A DNA stretch of 64,000 bases from Gemmatimonadaceae bacterium (GCA_040901985.1 JBBDYC010000008.1:240490-304489), one strand, 5' to 3'; counted from the stretch's first letter, positions 37,465 to 46,603 are shown. The notes: generated by a model from the letters alone, not told the origin. Translations and numbers: made by a program.

Positions 37465-38978
37465 CGTGGCACTCCGTGGCAATGGGTTCGCCTGACCTCG
37501 CGGCCGGGCACACCGCGACAAGACGGGGGACCGCAGAAGGTTCCCGGACGGTCAGCGAGAGGTAGGAGTGGGATGGCAGGGCAATGCGCTCCATCACATA
37601 ACGCGCGCGTGGTGGTTGCCAACGAAACCACCGTCCCCGTGACGAAGATCAGTGGGATCCCGTAGATGGCCCACGGCCAGGTGTAGCCTCCCGCCTCGCC
37701 CACAATCACGAAACAGCCGACGCCCCACACCATCCCGACGGCCACGCTGGCCCAAGCACCGGCGGTGGTCGCGCGCTTCCAGTGGAAGCCGGCCAGAAGG
37801 GCGAACGCCAACGCCGCCACGGGGATGTTCGCGAGAATCAGCCGATCGAGAATGTCATCGACGAGAAAGGTTGCGCCGAGCCAGCTGAGTACGGCGAACC
37901 CCGTGAGCACAAGTCGCTGGGCGCGCACCGTGCGGACACGCTCTCCTGCGAGGTCTGCGGCGACCATCGCTCCCATCGCACTCCAAACGCCGGCGAGGGT
38001 GGTGAGCGCGGCTCCGAAAAGCACGGCGAAGCCCGCGCCACGGATGCCAGCCGGTAACCAGGTGCGTACCATCGTCGGCACCGCGAGCTGCGCATCGCTG
38101 AGTGCCGGTTGCTCCACGCGTAGCGTTGCCGCGGCAATCACCACGGCCCCGTACAGCACGAACACGATGGCCGCGCTGAGCGCGACGGCGCGAAAGGCGG
38201 TCCGCTGGTCACGGGCGGCAAAGATCTTCTGGCCGTACCACGGGGCGGCGATGTACGTGAAACAGGTGAGCACCATCAGCGTCAACACGAACCGCATCGA
38301 GAGCGCTGGGTGCTGCCACTGCGCGATAGGGTCGAGCAGGAGTTGATCGGCGGCGAAGACGGTGCCGAGCCCCGCGATTCCGCCGGCTCGCGCCCAGCCG
38401 ATGGCGAGCAGCACCGGAAAGAGAATCGCCGAGGCCACGAACCCCGCGACATCGGCGCGGACCACGGAAACCAGCCCGCCGGGGAGGACCGCCGCGAGCA
38501 CCACGCCGGTGAGAAGCGCGCCAAGCAGCGGCTGGGGGAGCCCCGGCGCGAACGGCACGAAGAGCAGCGTGAGCGACTTCACGTAGGTCGCGGTGAACCC
38601 GACCATCGCCACGAGGAGCAGGAGCGAGGCGGTGCGACCGAGGGCACGGGAGTAGCGCTCAGTGAAAAGCTCGGCGACCGAAAGGCGATTGAACCGCTTC
38701 CACGCGCGCGCGACCGTCAGTGTGTAAAAGGTAAGCCCGACCAGAAACACGGCAGGTAGGGCGATGGCCATTGGTCCCGCGGCGTAGCCGGCCCCCGCGA
38801 AGGCGAGCAGGGTGCTGGTGTTGAACTCCGTCATCACAAGGGTCGCGACGAGCGGGAAGAGGGCAAGGTCGCGCGATGCCACGGTGTAGTCGCTCGCGGT
38901 CGCCGAGCGACGGAGGCCGACGGTCGCGACGATGCCGAGGACGATGGTGAAGCCGAGTAGGTCGGGGAGGAGCATCAC
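37347..38978 (-). CDS. Sodium:solute symporter-like transporter with a probable aberrant C-terminal extension
   Basis: DYTVASR, ATLVMTEFNTSTLLAFAG, ELFTERYS, WKRATTAGAWAS; about 13 TMs; tail after ~37600 does not look like a transporter. Confidence 0.8.
   Translation of the reverse strand: MMLLPDLLGFTIVLGIVATVGLRRSATASDYTVASRDLALFPLVATLVMTEFNTSTLLAFAGAGYAAGPMAIALPAVFLVGLTFYTLTVARAWKRFNRLSVAELFTERYSRALGRTASLLLLVAMVGFTATYVKSLTLLFVPFAPGLPQPLLGALLTGVVLAAVLPGGLVSVVRADVAGFVASAILFPVLLAIGWARAGGIAGLGTVFAADQLLLDPIAQWQHPALSMRFVLTLMVLTCFTYIAAPWYGQKIFAARDQRTAFRAVALSAAIVFVLYGAVVIAAATLRVEQPALSDAQLAVPTMVRTWLPAGIRGAGFAVLFGAALTTLAGVWSAMGAMVAADLAGERVRTVRAQRLVLTGFAVLSWLGATFLVDDILDRLILANIPVAALAFALLAGFHWKRATTAGAWASVAVGMVWGVGCFVIVGEAGGYTWPWAIYGIPLIFVTGTVVSLATTTRALCDGAHCPAIPLLPLADRPGTFCGPPSCRGVPGREVRRTHCHGVPRCRMPRSTSRPTSRCPHLRRRPLPPRPPPYSAARRRRWG
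37519..37545 (-). promoter_or_regulatory. ECF-type promoter GGGAAC-N14-CGTCTTG
   Basis: 54 nt upstream of the AhpD-like start; spacer one base shorter than the other copies. Confidence 0.65.
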
Positions 38979-38989
38979 AAGGCGGTCGG

Positions 38990-39017
38990 GGGAACTTCTG
39001 GGCGCGGATGCGGATTG
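38990..39017 (+). promoter_or_regulatory. ECF-type promoter GGGAAC-N15-CGGATTG
   Basis: 50 nt upstream of the TonB receptor start. Confidence 0.65.
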
Positions 39018-39052
39018 CCTGCCGGTCCGCCGTCAAACAGACACCCTCCCGT

Positions 39053-39080
39053 CAATCCGCTCCAACGATGAAACGTTCGC
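39053..39080 (-). promoter_or_regulatory. ECF-type promoter GCGAAC-N15-CGGATTG
   Basis: About 75 nt upstream of the SSS start; overlaps the TonB receptor start codon. Confidence 0.6.
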
Positions 39081-41995
39081 GCCTCGCAATCCTGCTGGTC
39101 CTGGCTCTCGCGTCGGTGACCGGGGTGTCCTCGGCCCAGACGCAGTCCACCCTCAGCGGCACGGTGCGAGCCCAGCGTGGCGATCCGCTTGAGGACGCCG
39201 CGGTGCGCGTGGACCAGGGTGGAACGGTACCGACCGATGGGCAGGGACGGTTCTCGCTGGCCGTTCCGGAGGGCCGCGACCTCACGGTGGTGGTGACCGC
39301 GGCCGGCTTCACGCTGGCGCGCCTCACGGTTCCAGCCATTGCGTCCGGCGCGGAGCGGGCAATCGCCATCGTGATGTCACCGCTGCAGACCCTCGGGACC
39401 CAGACGATTGTCGCCCGCAGGACGCGGCCCCTGCTGAACACCGAGTCGGCCGCCACTGGTGGTGCGATCGAGGCCGAGGAGCTCGAGGCGCTGCCGACGG
39501 ATGCGCGTGATCCCATCGCACTCCTCTACAACATCCCCGGCGTGGCGCAGGCCACTGGGTTCTTCGGTGACGCGCCGCGGCTCTCGTTCAACGGCGGCAA
39601 CGCGCTGTACTCACAGTATCTGCTCGATGGGCTCGACAACAATGAAGGATTCCTCGGCGGCCCGCGGGTGGACCTCCCGCTCGGCGCGATCGCCCGGATG
39701 GATGCGCTGGTGAACACCTACGGCGCCCGGTACGGCCGGAGTCCCGATGGCGTGGTGGATGTGACGTCGGTGAGCGGGACGGAGACTTGGGTCGGCGATC
39801 TATTCGTGTACGATCGGCCGGGACGCCCGTTCGACGCTCGTACGCCGACGCCGTTCGGTGGTGCGTCCGAGGCCATCGCCCGGCGGCAGGAGGGCTTTCA
39901 GCGCTCGCAGGTGGGCGGTTCGCTGCGCGGCGCGCTCCGTCCGGGGCGCACCTACCTCGCGACCGCCATCGAGCGCACGCGCGAGCATGAGGACCGCATT
40001 GGGTCAACGGCACTCGCGCAGTTTCTTGGGACCGAGACGCGCACGACGTGGAAGGGCTTCACGCGACTCGATCACGGCTGGTCGCCGACGCAGACGACGA
40101 CGCTCCGCTGGGCCGGTTCGTTCGTGGATCGCGCGGGGAACGGCAGCGGGGTCGTGACGCCGGAAGCAGACATCACCACACGCCGCAACGGCACGCTCAC
40201 GGCGCTCACGCATCGGAGTGCCCGCCGCAACCAGATGGCCTCGAACACGCTGACCGTGCAGTACGGCACCTATCGCTGGTACTTCCCGCCAACGGAAAGC
40301 GACTTCTCGCGCCCGCAGGTTACGGTCATCACGCCTGAGTTCGAGACGCAGGCGGTGGTGGGGTCGAGCAACTTCATCTTTGACGAGACCGAACGCCAGT
40401 GGCAGATCCGCGACGTCTTCGAGGCCGCCATCGGCGAACGGCACACGCTGCGCGTGGGTGCGGACGTCATCCACGCGCGCTTTGCACTGGCCGCCGCGAG
40501 CACGAATCCCAACGGATCGTACGTCGTCTACAACGACGGCAACATCACCATTCCCACCGGGCGTCCGCTCTCGTTCACCGACATCCCGTCGGACGTGCGC
40601 GTCGAGAGCTACACCATTGACGCCCGTCCACAGCAGGTGAATCTCTCGCAGACCCTCTGGGGCGCGTTCATCGAGGACACGTGGCGTCCGACCGCGTCGC
40701 TGACGGTCATCGGCGGCCTGCGCTGGGATTACGACGACCTCACGTCGCGGGGCGAGAGCGATCCCGACCTCGATAACATCCAGCCTCGCCTCTCCTTCAA
40801 CTGGATGCGGACACCACGGGACGTCGTGCGCGGTGGCATCGGTCGGTATGCGGGCAAGTTTCCCTACGCCATCTACTCCGACGCCATTCAGCTCGGTGTA
40901 AACGGCAACGCGGTCATCACCTACAGCGGCGCCTCGGCGCCAGCGTTCGGGGCAGGCCCAGTTGCCGGGTCCGTGCCACCAGGGGACATCAGCAGTGTAC
41001 CGCGCGAGATCTTCCGCACCTTCGCCGTTGGACTCGGACAGCCGATGAGCTGGCAAGGGACGCTCGGCTACCAGCGGCAGATCGGCGACCGGTGGGGCAT
41101 CTCTGCGGACGTGGTGCTCAGTCGCACTCGCAACCTGCCTTGGATGGCGGACCTCAATCCCATTTCGCAACGGCTTACGGCCGCCGATTCCACGCCGCAG
41201 ACTTGCGCCAGCGCCACAAGCTGCCCGGGCGATGCCTTTCGGCCGGACGATCCGACGGTGAGCGGGTATCGCCGTCTCTCGACCGCGCAGTCGGGGGGCA
41301 CTGCCGAGTATGCGGCGCTCTATGTGGCCGCGCGCCACGACGTGACCGACCGCTGGCAGCTCGACGCCAACTGGGTCTGGTCGCGGGCGCAGAACAACAC
41401 CGAGGACATCAACTTCTCGGCGACGCAGGCCAACTGTTTCAGCCGCGACCGCACCGATGCGGTGACGGGCGAGGCCTGCACGAGCGACGAGTGGGCCGAC
41501 GCGAACAACGATCGGCGCCACCGACTCACGCTGCGGAGCGTGATGCGACTGCCGAAGGCCATCACCTGGTCTCTGATTGCCGACGCGCAGACGGGCGTGC
41601 CGGTGAACCGGCTCGCGGGAACAGCGGACGTCTCCGGGACCGCGCGCTACGATCTGCTTGGATCGGGTCCGGTGCGGGGCAACGCGTTCATCGGCAATGC
41701 GGACCGCTTCTTCGGCGTCGGGCGCAACGCAGAGCGGCTCCCGGGGTCGGTGACCATCTCAACGAGCGTCGCGCATCGGATTTCGGTCCGTGGCGGCGCG
41801 CTCGAGGCCCGACTCGACGCGTTCAATCTTCTGAACACACTCGTCTGGGGCGGCTACGCGAATGGGATCGGTGGTGGCGGCAGCCGGACGCAGTTCGGGC
41901 GCCCCGGTGACCCGACGTTGCTCTTTGCCGCGGCGCCGGCGCGTCAGTTCCAGGTCTCGGCACGCTATGTGTTCGGCGACGGCGCAACGCGCTAA
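39068..41995 (+). CDS. TonB-dependent receptor (Oar-like, N-terminal carboxypeptidase-regulatory-like domain)
   Basis: Signal peptide; LLDGLDNNE plug; GLRWDYD, QPRLSFNW, DAFNLLN, RQFQVSARYVF. Confidence 0.92.
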   Translation: MKRSRLAILLVLALASVTGVSSAQTQSTLSGTVRAQRGDPLEDAAVRVDQGGTVPTDGQGRFSLAVPEGRDLTVVVTAAGFTLARLTVPAIASGAERAIAIVMSPLQTLGTQTIVARRTRPLLNTESAATGGAIEAEELEALPTDARDPIALLYNIPGVAQATGFFGDAPRLSFNGGNALYSQYLLDGLDNNEGFLGGPRVDLPLGAIARMDALVNTYGARYGRSPDGVVDVTSVSGTETWVGDLFVYDRPGRPFDARTPTPFGGASEAIARRQEGFQRSQVGGSLRGALRPGRTYLATAIERTREHEDRIGSTALAQFLGTETRTTWKGFTRLDHGWSPTQTTTLRWAGSFVDRAGNGSGVVTPEADITTRRNGTLTALTHRSARRNQMASNTLTVQYGTYRWYFPPTESDFSRPQVTVITPEFETQAVVGSSNFIFDETERQWQIRDVFEAAIGERHTLRVGADVIHARFALAAASTNPNGSYVVYNDGNITIPTGRPLSFTDIPSDVRVESYTIDARPQQVNLSQTLWGAFIEDTWRPTASLTVIGGLRWDYDDLTSRGESDPDLDNIQPRLSFNWMRTPRDVVRGGIGRYAGKFPYAIYSDAIQLGVNGNAVITYSGASAPAFGAGPVAGSVPPGDISSVPREIFRTFAVGLGQPMSWQGTLGYQRQIGDRWGISADVVLSRTRNLPWMADLNPISQRLTAADSTPQTCASATSCPGDAFRPDDPTVSGYRRLSTAQSGGTAEYAALYVAARHDVTDRWQLDANWVWSRAQNNTEDINFSATQANCFSRDRTDAVTGEACTSDEWADANNDRRHRLTLRSVMRLPKAITWSLIADAQTGVPVNRLAGTADVSGTARYDLLGSGPVRGNAFIGNADRFFGVGRNAERLPGSVTISTSVAHRISVRGGALEARLDAFNLLNTLVWGGYANGIGGGGSRTQFGRPGDPTLLFAAAPARQFQVSARYVFGDGATR

Positions 41996-42004
41996 CTTCA
42001 CCGA

Positions 42005-42604
42005 ATGATCGACGAACCCGTCAGGCGCTGGCTCGGACGCACGGCGGCCGCACCGGCGCACTGGCTGCGCCGTGCTGGTCTCACGCCCAACGCGGTGACC
42101 ATCGGCGGCTGCGCGCTGGGCATCGCGGCGGCGGCAATCGTTGCGACCGGACGGCTGCGTCTCGGGCTCGCCGTCTGGCTCGCCGGTCGGATTCTCGATG
42201 CCTACGATGGCCTGCTCGCCCGAATTGCGGATCGAGCGAGTCTCTTTGGCGGCTTCCTGGACATCTCGCTCGATATGCTGGCCTACTCGGCCATGGCCGT
42301 GGGATTCGCAATCGCGATGCCGGCCGACACGCAGCTCTGGATGTTCGTGCTCGTCGGGTACGTGATGGCGATTACGACCACCCTCGCGCTCTCGTCCCTG
42401 CTCGAGCGGGCGGACCGCACACTCGGCGGCGATCGCTCGATTCAGTTCACGCCGGGGCTCGCAGAGGGTGGGGAGACGACGATTCTGTATTCCCTCCTCG
42501 TGCTGTTCCCCTGGTGGAGCCGTCCGCTGCTCTGGCTCTGGATTGCGGCGCTCGCTGTCACGGCGCTGACTCGGTTTCGGCTCGCCGCCCGCATTCTCCG
42601 TTAG
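42005..42604 (+). CDS. CDP-alcohol phosphatidyltransferase family (YnjF-like)
   Basis: TPNAVT, DAYDGLLAR..GGFLDISLD, GLAEGGET. Confidence 0.85.
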   Translation: MIDEPVRRWLGRTAAAPAHWLRRAGLTPNAVTIGGCALGIAAAAIVATGRLRLGLAVWLAGRILDAYDGLLARIADRASLFGGFLDISLDMLAYSAMAVGFAIAMPADTQLWMFVLVGYVMAITTTLALSSLLERADRTLGGDRSIQFTPGLAEGGETTILYSLLVLFPWWSRPLLWLWIAALAVTALTRFRLAARILR

Positions 42605-42621
42605 CCGCGCGGCGCAGGGCC

Positions 42622-42649
42622 GGGAACTTCCCGAGCGCGCCCCGTCTTG
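42622..42649 (+). promoter_or_regulatory. Autoregulatory ECF promoter GGGAAC-N15-CGTCTTG
   Basis: 10 nt upstream of the sigma ATG. Confidence 0.7.
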
Positions 42650-42659
42650 CCTCGACGTC

Positions 42660-43253
42660 ATGACTGAATCCCGACGGACCGACGGCGAGTTCGAGACGGA
42701 GGCGTTGCGCCATCTCCCGGAGGTGGCACGCTTCGCACGCTCCCTCGCTGGGAACGACGCGGATGCGGACGACCTCGTACAGGACACCTTCCTGACGGCC
42801 TACCGGCAGTGGCACCAGTACGAGCGTGGCACCGCGTGTCGCGCGTGGCTGTTCACGATCTGCCGCAATCGGTACTACCGGGTCCGTGAGCGCGCGCAGC
42901 GTCAGGTGGCGACGGACGATCCGGTGCTGGAGTCCCTGGCGGCGGCGGAGTTGCATCGGTCGGCGCAGGAGGGTGGACTCAGTGATGCTTTCGAGCGTAG
43001 CGAAGTCCGCGAAGCCGTTCAGCGCGCGATGGCCGCGTTGCCCGAGGTCTACCGCGAGGTGGCCGTGCTGGTGGACCTGCACGACCAGACGTACGAGACC
43101 GTTGCGACCATCCTTCAGGTTCCAGTGGGCACCGTGCGCTCACGGCTCTTCCGCGCCCGGCGGCTCCTGCAGGGCAGCCTGCTCGCGTTCGCCGTCGATG
43201 CCGGGCTCCGACCTCGCGGTGCGACCCCTTCTACCAGAGGACTGGCGTCATGA
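42660..43253 (+). CDS. ECF sigma factor (SigR/SigH-like)
   Basis: DADDLVQDTF, GTACRAWLFTICRN, LPEVYRE, PVGTVRSRLFRAR. Confidence 0.95.
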   Translation: MTESRRTDGEFETEALRHLPEVARFARSLAGNDADADDLVQDTFLTAYRQWHQYERGTACRAWLFTICRNRYYRVRERAQRQVATDDPVLESLAAAELHRSAQEGGLSDAFERSEVREAVQRAMAALPEVYREVAVLVDLHDQTYETVATILQVPVGTVRSRLFRARRLLQGSLLAFAVDAGLRPRGATPSTRGLAS

Positions 43254-43510
43254 TGGAGATGCTGGATTGCGACGCCGTGATGCGTCAGATGTGGGACTTC
43301 CTCGACGGTGAACTGCCCCTGGAGCGGATGCGGGCGCTCGAGGCACATATCGCGATGTGCGAGCGTTGCAGCGGGCACGCGAAGTTCGAGCGGTCATTCA
43401 AGGCGGCGCTCCGGACGGCGCGAGAGGACGGTGCGGACTCGACGGCGCTGGGCGCGCGCGTACTCGCCGCGTTGCGTCGCGAGGGGTTCACGGACCCGCG
43501 CGGCGCCTGA
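43250..43510 (+). CDS. Zinc-binding anti-sigma factor (zf-HC2, RsrA-like)
   Basis: C..V...WDFLDGEL, HIAMCERC; soluble; ATGA overlap with the sigma gene. Confidence 0.92.
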   Translation: MMEMLDCDAVMRQMWDFLDGELPLERMRALEAHIAMCERCSGHAKFERSFKAALRTAREDGADSTALGARVLAALRREGFTDPRGA

Positions 43511-43514
43511 GGCG

Positions 43515-45371
43515 ATGGCGATGACGGATTCCGCGTGGCGGGAATCAGCCCCGACGTTCTGGGCACTCGTTGTCGTGAGTGCCTTGCTTCCGGTTGCGCA
43601 CCCGCTCCTGATGCCGGTCGTGGGTGTCCCGTCGCACCTCCTCTGGTGGTCGCACGTCCTCGCCGTGGCTCTCTCGGCCGACCGATGGGGTGAGCGAGGG
43701 GCTGTAGTCGCGGTCCTTGCCTCGGCGTGGGGAGTGATTTTCGGCGAGCGGATGCTTGGCGCCGGGTATGGCATCGCCGCGGACTGGGGGACGGTCACCG
43801 CCCTGGCGGCCGCCCTCACCGCGACGAATCTCCTGGTGGGCGGCTACGCACTCTTCGCGCGTCGCACGCGCCGCCGATTCGAGGCGCTGTTCTTCGGTGG
43901 GCCGGTGGGGATCGTGCGGGTGCGACCGGATGGGCGGGTTGCGATGGAGAATCCGCTCGCTCCGCAGATTCTTTCTGTTGACGGCCGCAGCGTCGTCGGT
44001 CAGCCCATCGACGCACTGTTCGAGCGCGACGGTGACGAGGCCTCCCTGTTGACGGGGAGCGTGGCGGGTCCGGGCGCGATGCAGGTGCTAAGGCTCCGCG
44101 CGCTCCCGGAGCGGATGGTCTCGCTCACGAGCGTGCGACTCGAGACCGATGGGGATTGGCAGGTGGTCGTGCAGGACGTGACCGATCGCGAACGGCTGCA
44201 GGCGCAGTTGCGCGAGGCACAGAAGATGGAGGCCGTGGGGCGCTTCGCGGCGGGCGTGGCGCACGACTTCAACAACGTGCTCGCCGCCATCCGGCTCTCG
44301 GCGGAGATGGCCATCGAGGATGTCGGCACTGACTCACCGACGCACGAACTGCTCGTGGAGGTGCAGCGCTCCTCGGCGCGCGCCGCGCTCCTGACGCGGC
44401 GGCTCCTGACGTTCAGCCGCACGGGCTCGCCGAGTTCCGCCGTAGTCGACCCGAATCGCGTGATCGCCGAGCTCGAGCCGATGCTTCGGCGGCTCGTCAG
44501 CGAGCGGGTGCATTTCGCGGCGGTCCTGCAGCCGGACCTGCCTCCGGTGCGAGCCGATCTCGGGCACCTCGAGCAAATCCTGCTGAATCTCGTGATCAAT
44601 GCCAACGACGCGATGCCGACTGGTGGAGCGCTCTCGCTGGAGACCACAGAGGTCGCCGCTGGGGCGCTCCCGGCGTCCGTGGCCAACGAAACGCGCTCGC
44701 TGCCGGCGACGCGGTGGGTGGAGCTGCGCGTCGTGGACAGCGGGACGGGGATGGATGAAGCCACGCGTGCCCGGATGTTCGAGCCCTTCTTCACGACGAA
44801 GGGCCCGACGAAGGGGACCGGACTCGGACTGGCGACCGTGGCGACGCTCACGGCGCGGAATGGTGGCTTCGTGCATGTGGAGACCGCAATTGGCCAGGGC
44901 AGCGCGTTTCGCCTCTTCTTTCCGGCGTCGAACACTGCCGTGCCGGTGTCGGAGCATCGCCCAGGGAGCCTGACGCTCCGTACCGGTCACGAGCGCATCC
45001 TGCTCGTCGAGGATGAGGCACCAGTGCGCACCGCGTTCGTGCGGATCCTGCGACGCCTTGGCTACGCGGTCACGGAGGCACAGCACGGCCGAGACGCGCT
45101 GGAGAGCCTGCGCTCGCATCCCGTGGATCTGATCATCACGGACGTCATGATGCCGACAATGGACGGGCCGACGTTGATCGCCGAGTTGCGGCAGCGCGCC
45201 GATGCGACGCCGGTCCTGTTTGTGTCTGGGTACGCGCACGATACGCTCGAACTGCCTGCGGAGCTCCACGGGTCGCCATCGCGCTTCCTGCAGAAGCCGT
45301 TCTCGAGCGAAGAGCTCGCGACCGAGGTGCGGACCACGTTGGATGCCGCTCGGAAGCTGGCGCGCGCCTGA
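43515..45371 (+). CDS. Membrane hybrid histidine kinase (TM-PAS-HisKA-HATPase-REC)
   Basis: AGVAHDFNN, NLVINANDAM, DSGTGM, FFTTK..GTGLGL, ILLVEDE, TDVMMP, KPF. Confidence 0.93.
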   Translation: MAMTDSAWRESAPTFWALVVVSALLPVAHPLLMPVVGVPSHLLWWSHVLAVALSADRWGERGAVVAVLASAWGVIFGERMLGAGYGIAADWGTVTALAAALTATNLLVGGYALFARRTRRRFEALFFGGPVGIVRVRPDGRVAMENPLAPQILSVDGRSVVGQPIDALFERDGDEASLLTGSVAGPGAMQVLRLRALPERMVSLTSVRLETDGDWQVVVQDVTDRERLQAQLREAQKMEAVGRFAAGVAHDFNNVLAAIRLSAEMAIEDVGTDSPTHELLVEVQRSSARAALLTRRLLTFSRTGSPSSAVVDPNRVIAELEPMLRRLVSERVHFAAVLQPDLPPVRADLGHLEQILLNLVINANDAMPTGGALSLETTEVAAGALPASVANETRSLPATRWVELRVVDSGTGMDEATRARMFEPFFTTKGPTKGTGLGLATVATLTARNGGFVHVETAIGQGSAFRLFFPASNTAVPVSEHRPGSLTLRTGHERILLVEDEAPVRTAFVRILRRLGYAVTEAQHGRDALESLRSHPVDLIITDVMMPTMDGPTLIAELRQRADATPVLFVSGYAHDTLELPAELHGSPSRFLQKPFSSEELATEVRTTLDAARKLARA

Positions 45372-45418
45372 CCCGCGTACGAAGTTCCCACGTGGCCGCC
45401 CTCACCATTTCGAACGAT

Positions 45419-46525
45419 ATGCCTGACGAAACCTGGCACGATATCGGCGCCGCCGACGAGTTCCGGACGCGCCCGCTCTCCGAAGTGACCATCGGCCGTC
45501 TGCGCCTCGCCCTCTCGTCGGGCCCGGAGGGGTTCGGCGCGGTCTCAGGCGTCTGCTCGCACGCGGGTGGTCCACTTGGGCAGGGTGTGCTCGACGGCGC
45601 GTATGTCGTCTGCCCTTGGCACCACTGGAAGTACCATCGCGTGACCGGCGCTGGCGAGCCCGGCTATGAGGACGACGCATTGCCGCGCTACGCCGTGAGG
45701 GAGGCGGACGGGCGGCTCCTCGTGGACATCGCCAGCGGGACGAAGCGACGGAAGGGGAAACACGACCCCCACCCCCTCGCCCGGCCCGTGGTGCGAGGTG
45801 AGGGGCCGCCCCGCGTGCTCGGCATCTCGACCACCAATATGGAACGCGGTCACCCGCGCCCCTCCACGTCCGAGATCCTGCTGGAGCACGCGCTCGGATT
45901 CGCCCGCGGCACGCTCGGGGCGGAGCAACAGCTCATCCGGCTCAGGGATCTGACGTTCCGCGCGTGCGAGGGGTTCTACTCCAAGAGTGCGAGGGCCTGC
46001 ACCTGGCCCTGTTCCATCACGCAGATGGACCCCGAGGACCAGCTCGATCGCGTCTACGAGGCGGTCGTGCATTGGGCCGACGTCGTGCTCATTGCCACGC
46101 CAATCCGGTGGGGCAATGCGTCCTCGCTCTATTATAAGATGATCGAGCGCTTCAACTGCATCCAGAACCAGGTGACCATTGCGAATCGCGTGCTTCTTCG
46201 CAACAAGGTCGCGAGCTTTATCATCACCGGTGGTCAGGACAACGTGCAACAGGTGGCGGGACACCTTCTCGGATTCTTTGGCGAGATCGGCTTCCACTTT
46301 CCGCAGTTTCCGTACATCGCGCACAGCCGTGGGTGGAGCGCCGAGGATATGGAGAACAATGTGCGCGCGGTGCAGGAGAGCGAGGATCTGCGGACGGGGG
46401 CGGAACAACTGGTGGCGCGGGCGGTGGACGCCGCGCTGCTACACCTCGATCACGCCGACGCCGACCATCTGCAGTCACGCGGTGGCAGGAAGGCGCACCG
46501 ACTCGCGGCGGGAACTCCCGAGTAG
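45419..46525 (+). CDS. Rieske domain fused to flavodoxin-like (NADPH-dependent FMN reductase) domain
   Basis: CSH..CPWH; CEGFYS..CTWPC, ATPIRWG. Confidence 0.85.
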   Translation: MPDETWHDIGAADEFRTRPLSEVTIGRLRLALSSGPEGFGAVSGVCSHAGGPLGQGVLDGAYVVCPWHHWKYHRVTGAGEPGYEDDALPRYAVREADGRLLVDIASGTKRRKGKHDPHPLARPVVRGEGPPRVLGISTTNMERGHPRPSTSEILLEHALGFARGTLGAEQQLIRLRDLTFRACEGFYSKSARACTWPCSITQMDPEDQLDRVYEAVVHWADVVLIATPIRWGNASSLYYKMIERFNCIQNQVTIANRVLLRNKVASFIITGGQDNVQQVAGHLLGFFGEIGFHFPQFPYIAHSRGWSAEDMENNVRAVQESEDLRTGAEQLVARAVDAALLHLDHADADHLQSRGGRKAHRLAAGTPE

Positions 46526-46603
46526 GTACGTGGGCACGCCGGCACAGATGCGCGTGGGAGCGGAAGGTGTGGCATCGAACCGCTGCATTCAGCAGTCGGC
46601 GCC

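Noticed and set aside
45381..45389. GGGAACTTC on the minus strand as a seventh island promoter
   Set aside because: No CGKMTTG at 14-15 nt spacing, and it points antisense into the kinase gene.
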